Shown: positions 25,994 to 32,000 of the stretch, in pieces
Numbering within the stretch: the stretch's first letter is position 1
Layout: each line of letters starts with the position of its first letter
Assembly: GCF_000341395.1 (NCBI RefSeq)
Contig: NC_020304.1
Span: 3,600,001-3,632,000, forward strand
Source of the DNA: Desulfocapsa sulfexigens DSM 10523
Lineage (GTDB): Bacteria > Desulfobacterota > Desulfobulbia > Desulfobulbales > Desulfocapsaceae
Reading direction: 5' to 3'
Length of the DNA: 32,000 bases
Notes under the pieces: model-generated
What the model saw: only the letters and a program-made list of their open reading frames with translations
The model's database searches: none
Told to the model about the DNA's origin: nothing
Position numbers and translations under genes: made by a program

Positions 25994-26080
25994 CGTGTCG
26001 ATTATATGGGACGCCATAAACCCATCCATGGGGGCTCTGCTGCGGCCGTCCAGGCCGCAGATGCCCATATAATCAACACG
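25994..26080. repeat. 87-bp nested inverted-repeat element in a convergent intergenic region
   Basis: Outer arms CGTGTCGATTATATGGG / CCCATATAATCAACACG (16/17, and the mismatch is a G-U pair on the minus-strand RNA). Inner perfect 8-bp GC-rich hairpin CTGCGGCC-GTCCA-GGCCGCAG (26040-26060), plus CCCATCCATGGG. Confidence 0.7.
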
Positions 26081-26113
26081 AAAAAACTCCTCCTCAGGCG
26101 GGTAGGCTGAGGA

Positions 26114-26833
26114 TTAGTGGTAATCAGGTTCTTTTTTAACCGGATTCATCAACGTACCAATATTTTCTATTTCCACCTCAACCTGATCCCCTTCTTTGAT
26201 AGGGCCCACACCACTTGGGGTACCTGTTATAATAATATCCCCGGGCTCCATGGTAAAATTCCGGGAAATAAAGGAGATAAGCTCTGGAATTTTAAAGATC
26301 ATATGTCTGGTATTTGACTCCTGTACAAGCTTACCATTAAGACGGCACCGGATATCAAGGCACTGGGGGTCTCCTATTTCTTCCGGCGGGACAATAACCG
26401 GACCAATGGGACCAAATGTGTCCAGAGACTTCCCCCGAAACCATCCTGACTTATCAGTACGCTGCAGGTTTCTCTGACTGATATCGTTAAAACAGGTAAA
26501 GCCCATAACATGTTCCAGTGCTTCATTTGGATCAATATTTTTAATCCGGTTTTTGATAATGATGGCAAGTTCCGCCTCATAATCAGTACGGCACTCTTCA
26601 AAACCATAGTCACCGAGGAAAGATGGGAGAATAATCGGCTCTCCCGGGCCAATCAAAACATTAGGAGTTTTGGAAAAAAGCACTGGCTCTGCTGGTATCT
26701 CATCGGTAAAATTCTGCACATTTACTGATTTACTTTCCCTGATATGCTCAAGATAATTCAGTCCAAGAGCAATGATTTTACTTGGCCGGATTTCAACAGG
26801 TTCACCGCTTGTGGTTGGTAAAAATAAAGACAT
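26114..26833 (-). CDS. Fumarylacetoacetate hydrolase (FAH)-family protein
   Basis: 239 aa, SKIIALGLNYLEHI, YEAELAIIIKNR, GFTCFNDISQRNLQ, PGDIIITGTPSGVGPIKEGDQVEVEIENIG. Confidence 0.9.
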   Translation of the reverse strand: MSLFLPTTSGEPVEIRPSKIIALGLNYLEHIRESKSVNVQNFTDEIPAEPVLFSKTPNVLIGPGEPIILPSFLGDYGFEECRTDYEAELAIIIKNRIKNIDPNEALEHVMGFTCFNDISQRNLQRTDKSGWFRGKSLDTFGPIGPVIVPPEEIGDPQCLDIRCRLNGKLVQESNTRHMIFKIPELISFISRNFTMEPGDIIITGTPSGVGPIKEGDQVEVEIENIGTLMNPVKKEPDYH

Positions 26834-26893
26834 GGCAAGATCCTATACGTTTTCAAAGAAATAATTAAGCGCTGCGGTTCTCTGCTGTCACTC

Positions 26894-28507
26894 TCACATA
26901 ACATTTAAAAAGAACAGATTCAGGCAGCCAATCAGAAAACCAAGTAATGCACCGAACAAATTAATATACTTGAACTGTTCTTCCATAATTGAGAGCAGAA
27001 GTCGTTCCAGGCGAATAAGATCCAGCGAATTCACCTTTTCTCTTACGATCTGTTGAATGTTTAACGACTCCACCAGCCCAGGAACTTCAACGGCAAGCAT
27101 ATTCGATGACATTTGGCGCAATGATTCATAAATTCCCTCTCTGACCCCGGCTGGAAGAAGTCTCGACACTTTACCAACAGGATGCTCAAGCAGACTTGTG
27201 AGTAAACTCTCAACCATCGAGTCCAGAGTCTTTCGTGTTTTCCTGGCTTTAAGAAGGGCAAAAACTTCCTGATTCAGCCACTCTCTTCCACGATTAAGGC
27301 CATCTTCTCCCAATAAATCAAATAGAATCTCACCAAGTGGAAGCTTACCACCATCGATATGCGTTTCCACGTTATCACGAATCATGGAGGCGAATGCATT
27401 GGTGGTTTCAGGTTCCTGGATCAAAGAAGTCAACTGCTGGCTCAGATTCGAACAAAAACCTTCCACCAGTTCATCGTGGCCATCCCCAACCATTTTGACA
27501 AGAGGAGTTTCAAGCATTGCGGTACTGCGTTCACGAAGAGCTGTGGCAACACGCCCCTGCACTTCTTCATTCTGGAGCCAGTTGACAATATCTTCCTCCT
27601 TTTCCTCCAGATATGCTCTCACCTTACTTTCTACAACGTCAGGTGTCAGAAAGCCGCTGGCCAGTGCTGCCATAGGCCCCATTCCCTGGATAAAGGAATC
27701 GACGCCCATACGTACACCCTTCACAATTCGATTCCTGATATCAGGTTCAGAAATAATATCTGCAAGTTTTGCCAGTAAAATCGGGGTCTGACTCTCGATA
27801 CTGGTGATGATCAATTCCTGCATGGAACCGGGAAGAATATCCTTTAAACTCTTTTCCTGTTGCAGAGCAGCATATACCTTTTGCTGAACAAAGCTTTCCA
27901 CCCATTCGGACATCGCAGGACTGGCAAACATCCTGGCAAGACTTTTTTCCAGGAATCTGTATGCGTTCTCTCTGTCATCCCCTGGAAGAAAAGTCTGAAG
28001 ATCTGTGGCCAGCAATCGATCAAACTGCTCATCTATGGATTCTTCCAGTATCTTTGAGAAAGACTCTGAATCAAGGAAAGAATGAATGGCTTTCTGAGAC
28101 TGATCCGTAATTGCATGGACGGCCACCTGATAATAGGTCTGGTATTTTCCGGGTATTACTTCACGGATTGGACCAAAATCCTTTTGCAACAGTACCTCTC
28201 CCCTGCTTTTAATGAGCTCATATAAGGTTTTCTGAAAACTCTCCTTTTCCAGTGCCCGACTGATTTCCTCACTGGTCAGCAAATGGCTCCCAACCATCTC
28301 TCCGATATTTTTCGCAAGATCCTCCCGTTTCGAGGGAATGACTCCTGGCGTCATGGGAATACGAATGCCAAACAGATGTTTTGCGGTAAGTGGTCGAAAC
28401 AGCATCTTGATCGCAACTTTATTAGTAAGATAACCGATAAAGGCACCAATAACAGGTGGTGCACCATATTGCAGGACAGGAGCTAAATCAGAAGGATTAA
28501 ATGGCAT
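26894..28507 (-). CDS. DUF445 (YheB-like) membrane-associated protein
   Basis: 537 aa, APPVIGAFIGYLTNKVAIKMLFRPL near the N-terminus, C-terminal LFGALLGFLIGCLNLFFL. Confidence 0.87.
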   Translation of the reverse strand: MPFNPSDLAPVLQYGAPPVIGAFIGYLTNKVAIKMLFRPLTAKHLFGIRIPMTPGVIPSKREDLAKNIGEMVGSHLLTSEEISRALEKESFQKTLYELIKSRGEVLLQKDFGPIREVIPGKYQTYYQVAVHAITDQSQKAIHSFLDSESFSKILEESIDEQFDRLLATDLQTFLPGDDRENAYRFLEKSLARMFASPAMSEWVESFVQQKVYAALQQEKSLKDILPGSMQELIITSIESQTPILLAKLADIISEPDIRNRIVKGVRMGVDSFIQGMGPMAALASGFLTPDVVESKVRAYLEEKEEDIVNWLQNEEVQGRVATALRERSTAMLETPLVKMVGDGHDELVEGFCSNLSQQLTSLIQEPETTNAFASMIRDNVETHIDGGKLPLGEILFDLLGEDGLNRGREWLNQEVFALLKARKTRKTLDSMVESLLTSLLEHPVGKVSRLLPAGVREGIYESLRQMSSNMLAVEVPGLVESLNIQQIVREKVNSLDLIRLERLLLSIMEEQFKYINLFGALLGFLIGCLNLFFLNVM

Positions 28508-29150
28508 ATGTTACTACCTCTGCTGGAGTTCTCACAATCTTCCAGGCATTATTATTTTCAAGTTCCGTACGATCCCGAAAACCCCATTCGACACCGATAG
28601 TTCTCATTCCAGCACCGTTACCGGTCTGCATATCCGTCGCAGTATCTCCCACATACAGTATATCAGCAACGGCAACTCCCATTTTTTCTGCAATCTCAAG
28701 AGCCCCTGCCGGATTGGGTTTTTTGGCAACACCATCCCGCTGCCCAAAGACAAATGCAAATGGCTGCTCGGGGAAAAATGTCTCCACGCATAGTTGTGTA
28801 AAGAGATGAGGCTTATTGGACAACACGGCAAGCTGCAGTCCGGCAGCTGATAAGGAAGCTATCATCTCAAATATCCCCTCATACAATCTGGTGTTCACAT
28901 TCCAGGTATTTGTATAAATCTCGCCAAACTTGACCATATATTCATTGAGCTGTTCATCCGTTGCATTAGAGCCGGGAACAATCCGCTGCATCAGTGTTCT
29001 CAATCCTTCGCCGACAAAATAACGATAGGCATCCACGGGGTGAGCTGGAAAACCGAAGTTCTCAAGGGTTGCATTCGCCGCCATTGCCAAGTCATCGAGT
29101 GTATCAAGCAGTGTTCCATCAAGATCAAATATCAGACCTCTGCATTTCAT
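28497..29150 (-). CDS. gph: HAD-family hydrolase, phosphoglycolate phosphatase-like
   Basis: 217 aa, GLIFDLDGTLLDTLDDLA, LAVLSNKPH, KPNPAGALEIAEKMGV, YVGDTATDMQTGNGAGM. Confidence 0.87.
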   Translation of the reverse strand: MKCRGLIFDLDGTLLDTLDDLAMAANATLENFGFPAHPVDAYRYFVGEGLRTLMQRIVPGSNATDEQLNEYMVKFGEIYTNTWNVNTRLYEGIFEMIASLSAAGLQLAVLSNKPHLFTQLCVETFFPEQPFAFVFGQRDGVAKKPNPAGALEIAEKMGVAVADILYVGDTATDMQTGNGAGMRTIGVEWGFRDRTELENNNAWKIVRTPAEVVTYAI

Positions 29151-29343
29151 TTTCTATCCTCTTTTGTTGTATCTATAATACGATAGGTCTTTTTATATTT
29201 TCTCCGCAACAATAGCAGTTGTAAAATTATCGTACAACTCAAATTAAGGGCTATTTTTTTTTGCTCAAGTCTTTTAGTATTATTAGATATTGGTTCCTTA
29301 AACCTTTTTTAACCTATACTCATAACTGAAACGGTTCAATATT

Positions 29344-29982
29344 ATGTGGTTTATACATTTTATAAAATCCTCCATCGGTAAAAAATGGATTATGGCTGTC
29401 TCCGGTTGCTGCCTCATTCTTTTTCTTTGCTCCCATGCTGCCGGAAATGCCACTCTTTTTTCCTCCGTTGCACTTTTTCAGGCTTACGCAGACCAACTGC
29501 ATAGCCACCCTTTGATTGTTTCTGTCTTCAGCAAGGGCTTATTTCTGGTTTTTGCAATCCATATAATCACAGGATCTTTACTATTCCTGCAGAACCGGAA
29601 AGCCAGGAGTCAGGGCTACAAAGTTCAGACCAGAGCGGTTAAAAATTCACAGGCATCCAGTACCATGATTTACAGTGGGCTTTTCATTCTGCTTTTCGCA
29701 CTTGTTCACACTTCTGCTGTTTCTTTTGGAGATCATGGAACAATTGGCAATACCATTGCCGACCTGTTCAGCTCCTTCTTTATATCAATGTTCTATATCA
29801 TTGCCTTTATCGCACTGGCCGTTCATCTGAGCCATGGATTCTGGTCAATGTTGCAGACATTTGGCGTTAATCATCCCACATACAACGGACTCATAAGCCG
29901 TCTGACCTATGTGGTTCCAATATTTTTTCTTCTCATATTCAGTGCCATCCCCCTTCTTTTTCTTTTTGGCACAGGAAAATAA
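29344..29982 (+). CDS. Succinate dehydrogenase/fumarate reductase cytochrome b subunit (b558 type)
   Basis: 212 aa, five predicted TM helices. SSIGKKWIMAVSGCCLILFLCSHAAGN, ALVHTSAVSFGDHG, VHLSHGFWSMLQTFGVNHPTY; directly upstream of the flavoprotein gene. Confidence 0.87.
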   Translation: MWFIHFIKSSIGKKWIMAVSGCCLILFLCSHAAGNATLFSSVALFQAYADQLHSHPLIVSVFSKGLFLVFAIHIITGSLLFLQNRKARSQGYKVQTRAVKNSQASSTMIYSGLFILLFALVHTSAVSFGDHGTIGNTIADLFSSFFISMFYIIAFIALAVHLSHGFWSMLQTFGVNHPTYNGLISRLTYVVPIFFLLIFSAIPLLFLFGTGK

Positions 29983-30003
29983 ACACGCAACAGGTAATTT
30001 CTT

Positions 30004-31932
30004 ATGGAACTCAACGCCAACATCCCCTCCGGCCCCTTAGCTGAAAAATGGGACAACCATCGTTTTTCCTCAAAACTTGTCAATCCTGCCAATCGCAGGA
30101 AGTATAGAATTATCGTTGTGGGGACAGGCCTTGCCGGGGCCTCAGCTTCAGCAACTCTAGCAGAACAGGGCTATGAAGTGAGTACCTTCTGTATCCAGGA
30201 CAGCCCGAGACGTGCCCACTCCATTGCGGCCCAGGGCGGCATTAATGCCGCCAAGAACTACCAGAATGATGGTGATTCCATTCAACGCCTCTTCTACGAT
30301 ACCATTAAAGGTGGAGATTTCAGATCCCGTGAAGCCAATGTGTACAGGCTGGCTCAGGTCAGTAATAACATCATTGATCAGTGTGTTGCTCAGGGAGTTC
30401 CTTTTGCCCGGGAATACGGCGGGACTCTCGCCAACAGGTCGTTTGGAGGGGCACAGGTTTCACGAACCTTTTATGCACGCGGCCAGACCGGCCAGCAGCT
30501 TCTGCTTGGTGCCTATTCAGCACTTTCCCGGCAGATAAAAAATGGCAAGGTTACCATGCACACCCGACAGGAGATGATGGATCTGGTTCTTGTTGATGGC
30601 AAAGCGCGTGGTATCGTCACACGTGACATCATCAGTGGCAAACTTTCAAGCCATTCAGCAGATGCTGTAATCCTTGCCACTGGAGGGTACGGTAACGCCT
30701 ATTTTCTTTCCACCAATGCCATGGCTTCGAACGTGACAGCTGCATGGCGAGCACATAAGAAGGGTGCCGGTTTTGCCAACCCCTGTTTTGTCCAGATCCA
30801 CCCAACCTGCATTCCGGTTCATGGCCACTTTCAATCGAAACTGACCCTAATGAGTGAAAGTCTTCGCAATGACGGTCGTGTCTGGGTTCCTAAGAAACCC
30901 GGAGATAGCAGAAGACCTGGATCAATACCGGAGGAAGAACGCGACTACTATCTTGAAAGCAAGTATCCGAGTTTTGGAAATCTTGTTCCGCGTGACGTTG
31001 CTTCGAGAAACGCAAAAGAACAGTGCGACGAAGGAAAAGGTGTCGGTACAACCAACCTTGCTGTTTACCTCGATTTTGCTGAGGCTATCCAGCGTGACGG
31101 AAAAGCCACCATCCTTAAGAAATATGGCAACCTTTTCCAGATGTATGAAAAGATCACAGCCTCTAACCCACTGCATGAGCCCATGATGATCTACCCCGCT
31201 GTTCATTACACCATGGGTGGGTTGTGGGTCGACTACAATCTGATGACCACCATCCCTGGGTTGTTCGCCATCGGGGAATGTAATTTTTCCGATCATGGTG
31301 CAAATCGCCTTGGTGCCAGTGCCCTGATGCAGGGCTTAGCCGATGGTTATTTTATTGTTGGAACTTGTATTGCAAATTATCTTGGTTCCAACCCTCTCGC
31401 TACGGTGGAAGCCTCTGAACAGCCATTTACTGAGGCACTGAAACAGGTTCAAGCCAACATCGCCAGGCTCCTGAAAAGCAGTGAAGGTGGCCCGGAAGGA
31501 AAACTAACCGTCGATGAAATTCATAAGGAGCTTGGACTTCTTCTCTGGGATCATTGCGGCATGGCCAGAAATAAGGAAGGTCTGGAAAAAGCGCTCAAAG
31601 AACTGCCTCTCATACAGAAAAAATTTTGGGATACCGTGTATATTCCTGGTACCGGTGAAGAACTCAATCAATCTCTTGAACGCGCCGGGCGACTTGCAGA
31701 TTTTCTGGAATTTGCCGAAATTATGATTCGCGATGCACTGGCTCGTGAAGAATCCTGTGGCTGTCACCTCCGTGAAGAGAGCCAGACTGAAGAAAATGAG
31801 GCAAAACGTGATGATGCCGGATACAGTCATGTTTCAGTGTGGGAACATATGGGGGATGGTGAAGAACCGACTCTCCATAAAGAAGACCTGATTTTTGAAA
31901 ACGTTACTCCAAGCCAGCGAAGTTATAAATAA
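30004..31932 (+). CDS. frdA: Fumarate reductase/succinate dehydrogenase flavoprotein subunit
   Basis: 642 aa, [86 protein letters not shown]. Cannot be separated from sdhA by sequence alone. Confidence 0.92.
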   Translation: MELNANIPSGPLAEKWDNHRFSSKLVNPANRRKYRIIVVGTGLAGASASATLAEQGYEVSTFCIQDSPRRAHSIAAQGGINAAKNYQNDGDSIQRLFYDTIKGGDFRSREANVYRLAQVSNNIIDQCVAQGVPFAREYGGTLANRSFGGAQVSRTFYARGQTGQQLLLGAYSALSRQIKNGKVTMHTRQEMMDLVLVDGKARGIVTRDIISGKLSSHSADAVILATGGYGNAYFLSTNAMASNVTAAWRAHKKGAGFANPCFVQIHPTCIPVHGHFQSKLTLMSESLRNDGRVWVPKKPGDSRRPGSIPEEERDYYLESKYPSFGNLVPRDVASRNAKEQCDEGKGVGTTNLAVYLDFAEAIQRDGKATILKKYGNLFQMYEKITASNPLHEPMMIYPAVHYTMGGLWVDYNLMTTIPGLFAIGECNFSDHGANRLGASALMQGLADGYFIVGTCIANYLGSNPLATVEASEQPFTEALKQVQANIARLLKSSEGGPEGKLTVDEIHKELGLLLWDHCGMARNKEGLEKALKELPLIQKKFWDTVYIPGTGEELNQSLERAGRLADFLEFAEIMIRDALAREESCGCHLREESQTEENEAKRDDAGYSHVSVWEHMGDGEEPTLHKEDLIFENVTPSQRSYK

Positions 31933-31944
31933 TAGAGAATTATT

Positions 31945-32000
31945 ATGTCCATAGATACCATAGACCTCAGCCTTGAAATCTGGCGCCAGAAAGACTCCAA
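31945..32000 (+). CDS. Likely iron-sulfur subunit of the same complex, N-terminal fragment
   Basis: MSIDTIDLSLEIWRQKDS..., 12 bp after the flavoprotein stop; called mainly from operon position. Confidence 0.6.
   Translation, partial: MSIDTIDLSLEIWRQKDS

Noticed and set aside
25994-26080. Nested inverted repeat as an intact transposon or MITE
   Set aside because: No target-site duplication is visible at the outer ends and no transposase is nearby, so it is reported as a structured element rather than a mobile element.
27384-27791. 135-aa and overlapping 139-aa (27359-27778) plus-strand ORFs
   Set aside because: Antisense to the DUF445 gene, and two overlapping frames are open at once, typical of spurious ORFs.
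1-32000. CRISPR arrays, tRNA/rRNA genes, prophage or defence islands
   Set aside because: No regularly spaced repeats, no cloverleaf or rRNA sequence, and no phage or defence-type proteins noticed in the ORFs or intergenic regions read by eye.

Overview
The window reads as a mostly chromosomal core-metabolism region from a Gram-negative anaerobe. The gene content suggests Desulfobacterota/Desulfobulbales, but that is inference. From left to right: lpxB (partial) and a Gfo/Idh/MocA oxidoreductase downstream of a livJ-H-M-G-F branched-chain amino-acid ABC operon (all -). Next come lpxK and lpxC (+), a 1007-aa PAS/GAF/GGDEF/EAL protein (-), and a YjbQ-family protein (-). A cobalamin block follows (cbiD, cobL, cobM/cbiF, cobO) together with an FmdE-like protein and a eukaryote-type fused HisH-HisF (all -), with a tandem-domain RNase HI upstream. 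Then come a SAM methyltransferase, hcp, a small siroheme sulfite-reductase-like protein and a zinc-ribbon protein (+). The right end has a periplasmic binding protein (+), a FAH-family hydrolase, a DUF445 protein and a HAD phosphatase (-), then fumarate reductase/succinate dehydrogenase genes (+, running off the window). I found no phage, CRISPR, toxin-antitoxin or defence island, and no clearly new multi-gene system. The observations most worth following up are: (1) a degenerate duplication of the lpxC/yjbQ convergent junction on both sides of the GGDEF-EAL gene, which looks like an insertion footprint; (2) an RNase HI with a second domain in which all four catalytic acids are replaced; (3) a sigma-54-like promoter with an upstream perfect palindrome before lpxC; (4) a bacterial HIS7-like HisHF fusion in the cobalamin cluster; (5) an 87-bp nested inverted-repeat element between convergent genes; (6) a terminator-like hairpin abutting the cbiD start codon.
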